Part shown: positions 1-11,897 of the stretch, piece by piece
How positions within the stretch are numbered: position 1 is the first letter of the stretch
Layout: the number at the start of each line of letters is the position of its first letter
DNA from: Camelus ferus
Lineage: Eukaryota
NCBI RefSeq assembly: GCF_009834535.1
Contig: NC_045696.1
Location: 105,092,001-105,156,000 of the forward strand
Reading direction: 5' to 3'
DNA length: 64,000 nucleotides
Notes under the pieces: model-generated
Told to the model about the DNA's origin: nothing
The model's database searches: none
The model's input: the letters and a program-made list of their open reading frames with translations, nothing else
Program-made: the position numbers and the translations under genes

Positions 1-644
1 CCTGCATGGGAAGCAGTTCAGTCACAGATCAATCTGTCTACCTGGAAAGACCTGCACTTGGGATTTTTGACTTGAGGGTGCATGTTGGGAACTTAGGTCT
101 GCTTTCTGGGACCATGTGTTAATAGACAGGCCATGTGTCCTAACTTGAAGATCAAAACTACCTCTTTTATATTTTGCAATAACAGATAAGCACAGGGAAA
201 CTTGGTTTCATTTATATGAATTCTGTCTGTGCATCAGGAGCTCCCCATGGTATAGGAGAATTTCCACCACCAGTAGGGGTTTTACCTACAGCCACCAGAG
301 ACAGCATGGTCAGCGTCAAGAACTAGATCTGCTCTCCCAAGGACCCACCTTCAAAGCCAAGTAAGAAAATGGTAGAAAGAGGAGAATGAACCTCCAGGTC
401 ACAGCCAATGGTATGGGGAGGCAGAAAACAGCAGGTGTGAGAAATAGGTCAATGCAAACTCTAAAGCTATAAATGCTGAGAACATGACTCAATATTACAG
501 ATGGTTCAACAAAAATACCTGAAATGCCTAATAAAAAATGTGTCAGTTTCAAAATACATGTATACCTGATTTAGGATGTTTATTGACAAAAAACATTACC
601 CACTTTTACTTTGTATAGTATGAATGACTTTTAAGCATTCTTTT

Positions 645-810
645 TTCTCCGATTTTACCTAGAAAATGTCAATCCTAAAGAGAAAAAAAATGGTATCAAG
701 AAGACCCATAAACCCTTCATCCATAACCAAAGTATATTTTTGCCACATAATTTCATCAAGTTTACCCACTCTCTCTCTCAAATAGTTTGGCTTAAGTATT
801 TAAGATAAAG
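645..810 (-). mobile_element. Ancient L1 (L1MB/L1MC-type) 3' UTR fragment
   Basis: Degenerate match to the recalled antisense L1M 3' end (gaaaat-tcaa-ccta-aga...ccat-aacccttca...ttttgccacat). Confidence 0.5.
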
Positions 811-813
811 CAT

Positions 814-2131
814 GGAGGGAGGGTTCAAAATGGCGGTACAGGAAGATCCTGAACTCACCTCCACCCATGGGCAAAACAAACCTACAGCTGCATATGGAAT
901 AAATACCTTTGAAAACTGGATGAAAAGAGTTTCCATAACAAAGGGTAGAAGGACAGCATCAAGACAGGTAGAAGACACAGAGATACAGACTCGTCAAGGA
1001 AAAAAACCATGCCCCAAGCATGGAGATCCACAATCCAGAAGGAGCACAAAGATATGGATCTTTTCAATGATGAGTGAGAGATGCCTCCACACCAGGCACC
1101 CAATCCTCAGATCCTGCACAGGAGAGGCAAGCCCCACAACACTTGGCTTTAGAAACCAATGGGAAATACATCCAAAATAACTATAGAACTGTAGGAAACC
1201 AAAGACCTACTCTTAAAGGGCTTGTGTGCAGACTCACTCAACTCATAAAACACTGCAAAACCTCCAGATTGAAAGGCTAATAGACATAGAAGGGGACCCA
1301 CCTACTAATCTCGAAGTGTCTTCCAGAGAGGTAGAAACCAGTTAGGACTCTCTCTGGGGACTGAGACACTGGTGGAAGCCATTTTTGCAATCTCAGGCTA
1401 CCGTGCTAATGGAAATGCTGGTGGGCATCATTTTGGAAATCTCTCTGTACCTGTTAGCATCAGTGGGCACGTCCTGCCGAGGGCCCCATTCACCCCTGTG
1501 CATCCACTGGGACTCACACTTGGACAGGTGATAACCCCACCCCCCAACACCTCACAGCAGCCATGATGAGGGCCAGCAGCTGTTCTGGGAGCCAGCCTTG
1601 CCCACCAGCACACCACACCAGCAAATCACAGCAACAGCCAAGGCCCCAACACAATAAGAATGTATGTGCAGTCTACACAGTGGACACCCCTTGAGTGCCT
1701 GGCTCCAGTGGCCAGGAAGGACTGTGCTTCTGAGCCCCACAGGGCATCTTCTACCTAGACCACTCCTTCAAGACAGAGAGGTAGTTGATTTAACTCATAC
1801 ATAGAAACAAACACAGAGAATAAGGCAAAATGGGGAGACATAGAATATGTCCCAAATAAAAGAATAAGACAGAATCTCAGAAAAAGAACTAAATACAACA
1901 GAGATAAGCAATCTACCTGATAAAGAGTTCAAAATCATGGTTATAAAAATTCTCACCAAATTTGGGACACAGTGAGAAGTTCAACAAAGAGATGGAAAAT
2001 ATAAGAAAATAACAAACAGAAGTTATAACAGAACCCAAAAACACACTAGATGGGTTCCACAGTAGATTGGATGAGATAAAAGAACAAATCAACAAACTGG
2101 AAGACAAAGCAATGGAACCTACCAGACAGAA
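814..2131 (+). mobile_element. L1-clade LINE: 5' UTR plus disrupted ORF1 N-terminus, 3' part missing
   Basis: Starts with GGAGGGAGGGTTCAAAATGGCGG (YY1-type motif at 826-836) followed by GAAGATCCTGAACTCACCTCC, typical of laurasiatherian L1 5' ends. ORF1 ATG is at 1830. The peptide SEKELNTTEISNLPDKEFKIMVIKILTKFG is readable among stops and frameshifts. Confidence 0.88.
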
Positions 2132-3099
2132 GTGAGAGGGCCAGTCTTAGGAAGGCCAGCCGCAGCTACACCTGGGGTCCGGAAAGGAGGAGCAGGGGAC
2201 CCGAGAGTGTTGGGGAGTCCAGTTCAGACGCTCAGGCCAGGGGTACCCTCCTGCTGGGGGACTGGTCGCTTTCAGGAAGCTTCTGCTGAGGCAGATGGGC
2301 AGCATCTTCTTGATCAGTGCTTCAGCGGTGGAGCAAACACCGCTGGACCTGACAAGGCTCCTGGAAGCCCAACAGAGTGTTTGAACACCCCTAGACTCCT
2401 GAGTCCAGCTCTGTGTTAGAAAGAAAGAGCCGTGGCTAGGACCCTAGCCTGGGCCCGCCCCAGCTGCCCACCTCTTCTAAAGGTCACCGAGATTGGGCAG
2501 AGGGGCTGTCCCAGCCCAATCACACCATCCCTCCAGGCCCCGCCCCAAGCCCTATGTGGGCAGCCCCACCGAGCAGGAAGATTCCTCTTGCTGGGGTTGG
2601 AGACCCACCTAAACTGATCTGACACAAAGCAGCCCCAGCAGCTCCCAGGGCCCCTTTCCCTAGGCTCACGGCCCAGTATTGACCTGCAGGGCTTTCTTAT
2701 TGCCCCCTTAGTCAGGGCCACTGGCCTAAGCCATGTGCCCCTTGACCCCTGCATGAGTCACACGTGAGTTGGTTCCTCCATGGCTTTTCACTGGGAGGCA
2801 AAGACAGGTGCATCCTCCCAAGCCGAGGGGACTCTGGGCTCCCCTGACCCACCAGCCAAACAGAAAAGAGGACTTAGCAGGTGAGGGAAAGCCAGAGAGA
2901 GAGAGAGAGAGAGAAATGCCTCAAGCAAACCAGAGCCCTGAAAGTCTGTGTCCATCACAGCAAAGCTCCATGCCTAGTACCTAAGTCCTTAATACCCTCC
3001 TCTCGGTGGAGTGACCCTCCACAGGGGCCTGTCTGACCCTCTAAACGTTGCCCTCCTGCCCCTCTACCTGCTCTGATCTCAGGGAATGGAGGCCCCTCC

Positions 3100-3440
3100 A
3101 GCTGGGTGCTCCAACAGCAGGAATCTATATTCTCACTGTTCTGGAGGCTGGAAATCCATGATCAAGGCATCGGCAGGTTTGGTGTCTCCTGAGGCCTCTC
3201 TCCAGGGCTTGCAGGTGAACGTCTTCTCTGTATCCTCGCAAGGTCTTTCCTCCAAGTGCGCACACCCTGGTGTCTCTTCCTCTTATTACAAGGACACCAG
3301 TCCCAGGGGATTAGGGGCCCACATTTATGAACTCACTTTACCTGAATTACCTCCTCAAAGGCCCCATCTCCATGTGCAGTCACATTGGGGTTTAGGGCCT
3401 CAGCATGAATTTTGAGGGAACACAATTCAGTGCTTATCAG
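3100..3440 (-). mobile_element. MaLR solo LTR, MLT1A/B-type
   Basis: ttctcactgttctggaggctggaa...aaggacaccagtc...ggccccatctcca...gaattttgagggaacacaattcag matches the MLT1 consensus. Confidence 0.85.
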
Positions 3441-5061
3441 TTACATCTTCTTGCCTTTCCTGACTGCCCCATTCCCATCCTGCCTCAGCCTTTTGATAAC
3501 GCAGGATGCAGGTCTCTGAATGCACATGCTTACCCCCTCCCCATGCCCAGCCCGGCCACGCGTGTAAGAGAAACAGCAGCCAGACCACGTCTGCATCTCC
3601 TCCCTCTGGGACAGCTCCACTCGGAGCCTGGGGCTTCCCAAAGCCAGGTTTTTGTTTCTCTCTCCCATTTAATTAAGGAGTGAGGCAGAAGAGTGCTTTT
3701 TCAAGTTTAATGACTGTTCTTAGTTAGCACCATCCAGCAAATGACTTCTTAAATTGAGGACCAGAAAGCACTCAGTTTTCTGGATATTTACTGTCACATC
3801 TACAGCAACACAGCTACCACCGAGCGTGTGATTCCCAAGACTCACTCTGAGACTGGAGGTGACGCCAGTCTCCCAGCCCTGAGACCTCCAAACAAAATAG
3901 CAACTGTCTATCCGTCTCAGGGTTGGCAAGACCACGGTCTTCCTCCCAGACCTTCCTGCATGCATTTCAGGGGTGGCTGATCCTCGAGACACCACCAGGC
4001 GCAGCTGCCTGCCCAGAGAGGCGGGAGAAAGGCATCTGATCCAGGTGCAGAGCCCACACTCACCTCTTTCCAGTCAAACGCCCAGCGTGAGGCCCTGCCC
4101 TAGTTCCAGCCCTGTCCTGAGAAGAAGTAAGACGGTTCCTTGTAGGTGAAATCCGAGGGTGGTGCATTTGAGACACAGCGTCAGTGTTTCTTCCAAGGAG
4201 GGAGGCTCCGGGTAGAGAATAAATAGCTGAGTTCAGAAGTTAGACTGTGTATCCGCCTAGAAACCCTTGTCTGGCTTCTGCATTCCTGGATAGCTGGTGG
4301 GAGAGACAGGGAGAGTTCTGATGGCATCTCTGCTGCTGGAGTGAGGAGTCAGCATCATCTCCTCTGGGTTGCTTTGAATTATCTCCTCCCTCCTCTATGT
4401 GGCACAAAGCAAAAGCATTTTCTCCAGTAATCGAGGAAGGTCTGAAACCCCAGAATGCCTGGTCTGGAGCCACAGCTCTGGGAGGGAGTACCATTCGCCC
4501 CTGCTCTGGGAACCTGACATCTGGTATTTCAGCCTCACGCTGACCAGGCTGCCTCCTGCCCAGTGGGCTCCAGGGAGTCTGCCGGGATGACGGCTCACAT
4601 GCCAGGAAAAGCACATCAGGGCTGTGCTGGCCTTGCACCAACAGCAAAGCCAGGGTGCCTGCCCTCCACCCACATCCACTCCCTGTGGTCATTCCTGTAT
4701 CCAGAGCGCTTCCGCAGCACCTCTGGTGTGACTCATGGCCGCAGGAGATGTGCTGGCCACTCAGCCTACTCCAGGTACCACGTTTCCTCCACAGCAGCTC
4801 TCACCCACCGGGATGCTTCAGCCCCTTCAGGGCTGTGGTGCTTGCCACGAGCTGTTCCCTTGGCCTAGAAGTCCTCCCTCTTCCTCTCGTCCCCTGTCGA
4901 CCAGCAAACTATTGCTTTGGGAACCTGCTGTTTCAGGAACCCACTGGGAGCCTTTGAAGAGAAGAACTACATCTTATGTGTCTACTCCCCAACACGGTGC
5001 CTAACACTGTGCCAGCTGGCGTTTGCTTAGTAAACACTTGTCACAAACACAAATATCAACC

Positions 5062-5640
5062 CATTAGTTGCTATTGCTGCATGAACAAATTACTACAGCT
5101 TGAGCAACTTAAAGCAACACGCATGTATTACCTCTTGGTTTCTGTGGCTTGGGAATCTGGGCACAGCTGCAAAGGAACCTCTGCTCAGGGTCTCACAAGC
5201 CTGAAATCGGGCCATCAGCCAGGCTGTGCTCCCCTCTGGAGCTGCGTTCTCTACCAAGCTCACGTGGTTGTGCAGAATTCAGTTCCTGCGCTTGTAGGAC
5301 TGAGGTTCTCAGCTCCTAGAGGCTGCTCGCATGTCCCTGCCATGTTAGAGAGCTACCATCATAGCAGAGCCCACCTTTACAGCTGGCAAGAGAGTTTAAG
5401 AGAGTTTCTTTCTCTCTCTAGTTGGCTAAAAAGGAGTCTCACATAACATAACGTGACCGGGGGTGCATATCCCAACGCACGTGCTGTGCACTGTAACCTA
5501 ATCGAGCAAGAGACGTTCCATCAGTTTTGCCATATTCTGCTGGAAAGACAGATTCCACCTGCACAAGGTGGGTGGGGGGGGGGTGTTTCTCCAGGACATG
5601 ACTCATTGGAGGTCACCTTGGGGTAGTCTGCCCCAATCAA
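5062..5640 (-). mobile_element. MaLR solo LTR, MLT1E-type
   Basis: attagttgctattgctgc...aacaaattact...cttaaagcaacac...ctctgctcagggtctcacaag...cagaattcagttcctg...gtaggactgagg. Confidence 0.8.
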
Positions 5641-6049
5641 CAACTCAAAAAATGACAAATAATTTTTTTTAAAAAGCTAACATTTACTGAGCTCTCACTC
5701 TGTGCCAGGCACTGTTCTCAGCCCTCTCTAAGCAATGAATGAATAAAGTACAGAACCCGGTGAATGAATGAAGGATAGGGAGAGCCTGGATACCCTGTCT
5801 GGATACCATGATGTGGGACAGAAGAACCAGGAGAGGAGTGAAAAAGCAATGACTCCCCCCGAAAAAATTCCATCTCCCCCCACTAGGTCATACAGCGACT
5901 CAGCTCCAAATCAGCTAATCATCTATCTTTGCACGTATTCTAGAACTGGGCTCCCTGCTAAGACCAAGCCCCAAGCTATGATCCAAGTCCCCTCTACCTA
6001 CCCTCTAGACTCCAAGTGCCAGCCTGTCTGCCGAGCAGAAGTGTGCTAC

Positions 6050-7070
6050 CTAACCCATCCCCACCACCCCTTTCTCTGAGGTTGTGGACACTGGAGACCA
6101 TGCCCTCCTTGGCCCTCTGTCCCCCTGCTCCTGGTTCCTTTCCTCTCTCTCCTTCTCTCTGTTGGTCCTCTTTGGCCAGTCCTTGACTCTTGCTAGTGCC
6201 CAGGGATCCACTTCCAGTCCAGTGGTGCTCTTGTCCAAGACCCCTCCCCTATCCTCTACCCTCTGTGGGCATAGCTGACCCCACAGCTTTAACCTCCACT
6301 GCCTGCTGATAACCCACACACCAGTCTGTACACCCTAGTTACCAGGTGGATCTTCGAGCCCACAGTTCCAGCCACCACCGTGGGATATCCTGCAGGCTTC
6401 GCAGCTCAATATGGTAAAAGGAATTCACCAGCTTTTCCCCAAACCCGCTCCTCCTATGTCCCCCTCCTGATTACCACGCACAGAACTCTGGCTCAGTTCT
6501 CCCTCTCCCCCTCTCCCCACACCTTGTCCTGCTGATGCTGCCTGCATAACAATCCTCATCCTTCTCCCCACTTCTGCCTCACGTTGTCCCTCACGATCTG
6601 TGCCAGTGTACTCCTGAGGTGCACATCTCGCCACCTCCCCTTTTCCCCTAGAACCCTGCCCTCTGGCTGTACTAAGCTGATTTCAGTTTCCTGAAGGAAG
6701 GATCTTTCTCTCCTTTCCAGGATTTCACTCTCCGTCCCCCTTCCACCTGGTCAGTCTCCCTCTGCATACTCTTCTTTAACTAATAACTTCTATTTGTCTT
6801 TCAGGACTCCACGTAGATGCCACCTCATCCAGGAAGCCTTCTGGGACTTCTTCAGGCAGATTAGGCTGCTCTCTGGGACTCTCAAACCCCTCGTGCTGTC
6901 TCTACCAGAGACAGAGTTATCATCACGTGCTGTCAGCATCTCCAGAGACCTCATCACACGGTACCAGCCTCTTCCATTCCCTCATCTGGTCTGTGAATTC
7001 CTCAAAGGCAGGGTCCCTGTGTCCTCAGGACCTGGCCAGAGCCTGGCGCAGAGTGAACAGTGACAAATGC
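6050..7070 (+). mobile_element. L2 LINE 3' region, highly diverged
   Basis: Pyrimidine-rich L2 landmarks: ccccaaacccgctcctcct, gccacctcatccaggaagccttc, ctgtgaattcctcaaaggcaggg, agcctggcgcagagt. Confidence 0.6.
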
Positions 7071-7339
7071 GGGCTGACAGTGGTAACAAATGACTCACCT
7101 GCCATTCGCTTGCATCGCCAGCTGTCACCTGTCCGTTTCGCCTGCACACTCACCCCCATCAGGTTTGTTCTCAGGCTGTGCCCTGCTATTTCTGACCAGG
7201 ACCTGAGGCTATGGACCCTGCTTGCCCAACTCCATGTCAAAGATACAGATTTCACTGGGCTCCAGCGGTGTTTTACATGGGGAATTTGGGGTAAGGGGCC
7301 AAATAAACAAAGCTCTCTTTTCCCACCCCCACCTGACAC

Positions 7340-7620
7340 ATAGTTGTTTATTTTGCCCAGAATGTCCCCGCCTCCTTTTCCAGCTACCTAATCTCCATCA
7401 TCCTCCAAGACTCGAGTAAGCTGCCACCTGTGCCAGGAAGCCTTTCTCGATCCCCAAGCTGGACTGGGCACCCCACCAGTGTGCTCACACAGCCCCCATG
7501 CTCCCCGCTGCAGTGCACTCTGTCCCCCGTATTTCAATTTCCTGTTTACGCTTTGGCTCTCCCACTGGCTGGGAGCTGCTCTGGGACCAGACAAGAGTAT
7601 GCAGAACCCAGTGTGCTGGC
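7340..7620 (+). mobile_element. L2 3' fragment
   Basis: gcccagaatgtccc...tcatcctccaagactc...ccaggaagcctttctcgatcccc...ctcccactggctgggagct. Confidence 0.6.
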
Positions 7621-8159
7621 CAGAGCGGTCTGGGCTCGCCGGAAAGGGAGCCCATTGTGGGAGCTGGCGCCGTGGGGTAGCAAATGAAAGAGAAAGAGAG
7701 CTTCATTCTGGCTGCTTTTAACAGCTCCCTTTAATGGCTAAAAGGAAGATTCACTTGATGAACTCTGGGCCTGAAGATGCTTAAAAGATAAATATTTTTG
7801 AAACAGAGAAGCGACCCTTTCTACCCTGGATTTGGAACACTCAAAGCCTTTTTTTCATGTCAGTTTAAAAGATTTATGAGACCTGCTCCTTGCTGTGTCT
7901 CTGGGTAGATGTTCCCTACGAATGCATTAATGAGTAGTAGAGAAACGTCACAGTGGCCGTGGTGCGGATGTGCCACCAGAGTGTGTATCTCATTGTGACC
8001 CTTGCCAGGAGCGGGGGCTGATTTCCAGGGCCATCACTCACAAAATCAGCCCCTTCAGAGCTTTTGTATGAGCTTCAGCAGCAGCATCTTAATAAGCCCT
8101 GTGCTTGGAGTCGGGGGAGACGTGATCATGGGCCTCCGGTGTGCTCGCAACCCCGCGTG

Positions 8160-8570
8160 TTACCAGCCACTTGGACACCAGTGTCAGGAACCCAACTCAA
8201 ACTGGCTGAAGCACAAAAGGGACTCCACGGTCTCCCAGCACTGCGAAATCCAGCGGTACGTCCGCCTGCAGACCAGACCTGACTGGACTCAGGAGCTCAA
8301 CCCAGGCCTACAGGACCTGGCTCTCCATTCCACAGGCCATACTCCTCCATGCAGCCATCACCGTCCCTTGGACTCCCCGGACAAGGGTGCCCCCAGAACC
8401 CCTGACTTCCTTCCTACCAGTCCAGCAGCCCTGGAAGAAAAGAGGGCCCTCTTCTTCCAGCGAGTCTCAGCACAAATTCCAGGACAAATTCTGATTAGCC
8501 AGCTTGGGGTCATGTGATAACCCCCAAGGCAGGAAGGGAGGGTCAGCTCAAGGCTCACCACATGACCTGA
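8160..8570 (-). mobile_element. MaLR LTR, MLT1J/K-type
   Basis: caggaacccaactcaaactggctgaagcacaaaaggga and ttctgattagccagcttggggtcatgtg are MLT1J/K landmarks. Confidence 0.7.
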
Positions 8571-8863
8571 GGGCTAAAATCACAGCATTACCACTTTATA
8601 AAAGAGGAGTAGGGCCCAGGCCAGCAAAAGCATCAGATGTCCACTGTGCCCCCCAGGGGACTCGGTTTCCTCATCTACGATCCAGGGGATTGGCCTCATC
8701 TAGGAAATTTCTAAAATCCTTTCCAACACCCAAAGAATGATTTAAGCTGAAAGTTGAGATGGATTTTTTAAAAAAGTTTTAGTGGCTCAGATCTGATGTT
8801 TACCTGGATGTTTAGGTATCAGGAAAGAGGGAGAGAGGTCATTGGGGACAATCATGCCCCCTC

Positions 8864-8864
<1 letters not shown>

Positions 8865-8900
<36 letters not shown>
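8865..8900. repeat. (AC)18 microsatellite
   Basis: Perfect dinucleotide run read directly. Confidence 0.98.
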
Positions 8901-8903
<3 letters not shown>

Positions 8904-9020
8904 GAGCCAGATCCAGTCTGAATGGTGACCTCTGGGGCTAAGTAGTCTCTGGTTCCCTCCTCACCTGCTGCCCAGGCACCCCATGAGCTCTGCCCCGACT
9001 CAGCACCTCTGGGCCTAGAG

Positions 9021-9271
9021 CAGGTGGTTCTCGCTGGGGATGCTTTTGCTCCTTTCACCCCAAGACATTCAGCAGTGTTTGGAGGCGTTTTTGATTGTCA
9101 TGGATATACCAAGGCAAGGAGGGGGCTGCTGGCATCGGGTAGACAGAGGCAAAATATCTAGATATTTAGGTGTTGAGATGCTGCTAAACAGCCTACGGTG
9201 CACAGGACCACCTCCTAAAACCAACAGTTACCTGGCCCTACGTGTCAATAGTGCTGAGGCTGAGAAACCTG
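9021..9271. mobile_element. MER20 (hAT-Charlie MITE)
   Basis: caggtggttctc...gatgctgctaaacagcctacggtgcacaggac...tgtcaatagtgctgaggctgagaaacctg. Confidence 0.88.
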
Positions 9272-9369
9272 TGTCTGGAGGGAACAGTTCTGGAGCACCT
9301 GCTATGATTGCCTAGACCTTTACTCTGCACAGCTGGGAATCAGTGCATCGACTTACCTGGGGTTGTCAT

Positions 9370-9700
9370 CAGGGAGAACCCCTGCAGGCTGCAGTGTGGA
9401 GAATGGTTGAAGATGAGGCAAGAGAAGAGGGTCAGGAAGGCAATTTGGAGGCAGTTGCCATAGTCCAGGCGAGAGCAAGGCCGGCCTCGTGGGCCTGTGA
9501 CCTGTGCAGTCACATAGGTCCCCATGCTTAGGAAGGACCGCGTTTGGTTTACTGCTCTGCTGCCACCGTCTTGAAATTCTTAATCACTGTTGAACAAGGG
9601 GCTCTGCATTTTCATTTTGCACTGGGTCCTGCAAACCGTGGAGCCAGTCCTGGGGGAGAGATAACTGGGTCTGAACCAGGGTGATGGCCATGAGAACAGC
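9370..9700 (-). mobile_element. L2 fragment interrupted by MER45A
   Basis: ggctgcagtgtggagaatgg...ggaggcagttgccatagtccaggcgagag resumes after 9652 as ...ctgaaccagggtgatggc. Confidence 0.7.
9476..9652 (+). mobile_element. MER45A (hAT-Tip100), full length
   Basis: Colinear with the recalled MER45A consensus. 8-bp target-site duplication (TSD): ggcgagag (9468-9475) and ggggagag (9653-9660). Confidence 0.9.
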
Positions 9701-10144
9701 AGGGTCACCCTTCTCTTTGGGAAAGCACCACCCACCTTTTTGACACCTCAAAGTTCCAGGCACTGGCTATGAACAGGGGCTGGGGGTTGCAGAGAATTGA
9801 TTGTGGCAGGTCCAGTACAAGACAAGGGCAACTGAGCAAAGGGATCCAGAGGCCAAAGACATGCATGGCCTTCCTCCAGCCAGGCAGGGACAACACACCC
9901 AACCAAGAGGGGACGCTTCTCATCCACTTGGCCTACATTGAGGAGAGAGAGAGAAACAGCCCGGGCAGTGCCTGTAAGCAATGAGGAGGCATCTGGAGGT
10001 CTAGCATCAAGGAATAAGAACACATTTCTCCCCCAGAAGCCGTACTGTATGCTGGGCCGCAGCCCCAGAGCTGCTCCGTGAAGGCAGGCTGGAGCCAGGA
10101 CTTGAGTGGGCCCAACCATCTCAGATTTTCCGGGGAGCCCACGG

Positions 10145-10475
10145 GGTAGTCATCATGGGTACAAACTCCAGAGTCAAGGGCATCTGTGTGCCCATTCACA
10201 CCATCACTATTAGCTCTGTGACTCTAAGTCATTTACTTAACCTCTCTGAGCCCCCGTTTCTATCAAATGGAAAGCCAATAGCACCAACTGCATGATAGGC
10301 TGGGTCAGTCAGATAAGATATTGTACTTGTCAAATCCTTAGCCCAGTGACCGACCTGGAGAAAGTTACTTAACTTCCCTAAGCCTCAGTCCACTCAGCCA
10401 TAACACAGGGAGATGACATTGCCCCTATGTCACCGTGTTGCCCTGAGGATTAGAGCAGATGATTCACAGAGTGTT
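10145..10475 (+). mobile_element. Two tandem MIR fragments
   Basis: The MIR core appears twice: tagctctgtgactctaagtcatttacttaacctctctgagcc and aagttacttaacttccctaagcctcagt. Confidence 0.8.
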
Positions 10476-10796
10476 TGTTCTCCTGCTCTGACCATTGCTT
10501 GGGCTCTGCAACTCAGAACTGTGTGCCCTGACACTGATCTCCACTGATGAAGCTGAGCCTCAGGAGAATCCCACCTCCAGCCCAGACCCCGGAAGGAAGC
10601 TGTGTTCCTCCATCTCTGCCTCCGTATGAGGAAACACGTGGCTTCCTAGTATTTCCCTCGGTGATACCCAAAGGAACCCCCAGCCCATATTGACATCCCT
10701 CTTTTTCATAGTGCAGTCAGCATCCTGACTCTGTAGTGTCTGGGAGCTGGGGGTATATGTGTGTGTGTGCGCACATTTACGTGGGTTAAGGAGAGA

Positions 10797-11897
10797 TTCT
10801 TTTTTTTATTGAAATATAGTTGATTTACAATGTTGTATTAGTTTCAGATGTACAGCAAAGTGATTCAGTTATATATATCATTTTTCAGGTTCTTTTCCAT
10901 TCTAGGTTATTTATTACTAGATATTGAATATAGTTCCTGTGCTGTATAGTAGGTCCTTGTTGTTTATCTATTTTATATTATATATATAGTAGTGTGTCTC
11001 TGTTAATCCCAAACTCCTAATTTATCCCTCCCCCTCTTTCCCCTTTGGTAACTGTAAGTTTGTTTTCTATGTCTGTGAGCCTGTTTCTGTTTTATAAATA
11101 AGTTCATTTGTATCATTTTCTCAGATTCCACATAAAAGTGGTACCATATGATATTTGTCTTTCTCTGTTGGACTTACTTCACTTAGCATGATAATCTCTA
11201 GGTCCAACCATGTTGCTGCAAATGGCATTATTTCATTCTTTTTTATGGCTGAGTAGTATTCCATTGTGTATATACCACATCATTCTGTATTCATTCATCT
11301 GTTGGTGGACATTTAAGTTGCTTCCATGTCTTGGCTATTGTAAATACTGCTGCTATGAACATTGGGGTGCATATATCTTTTCAAGTTAGAGTTTTCTCTG
11401 GATATATGTCCAGGAGTGCTGGATCATATGGTGACTCTATTTTTAGTTTTCTAAGGAACTTCCATACTGTTTTCCATAGTGGCTGCACCAATTTACATTC
11501 CCACCAATAGAGTAGGATGTTTCATTTTTCTCTACACCTTCTCCAGCATTTATCTGTAAACTTTTTGATGATGGCCATTCTGACTGGTGTGAGATAATAC
11601 CTCATTGCAGTTTCGATTTGCATTTATCTAATAATTAGCAATGCTGAGCATCTTTACATGTGCCTGTAGGCACAGCTGTATGCCAACATCGTATGTCTTC
11701 TTTAGAGAAATGTCTATTTAGTTCTTCTGCCCATTTTTTGATTGTTTTTTTGTTATTGAACTACATAAGCTATGTATTTTGGAAATTAATCCCTTATTGG
11801 TCTCATTGTTTGCAAATATTTTCTCCCATTCCATAGGTTGTATTTTCGTTTTATTTACGGTTTCCTTTGCTGTGCAAAAACATTTAAGTTTAATTAG
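10797..11897 (-). mobile_element. 5'-truncated cetartiodactyl-type L1 (ORF2 C-terminus plus 3' UTR)
   Basis: PolyT followed by attgaaatatagttgatttacaatgttg. The minus-strand peptide [36 protein letters not shown] is L1 ORF2p. Confidence 0.95.

Noticed and set aside
1..560. Possible processed-pseudogene tail (AATAAA at ~530)
   Set aside because: All frames are interrupted, I recognise no parent protein, and there is no polyA or TSD. BLASTX would settle it.
8014..8053. 11-bp inverted repeat ggggctgattt/aaatcagcccc
   Set aside because: It is roughly at chance expectation for 64 kb and too short for a pre-miRNA.
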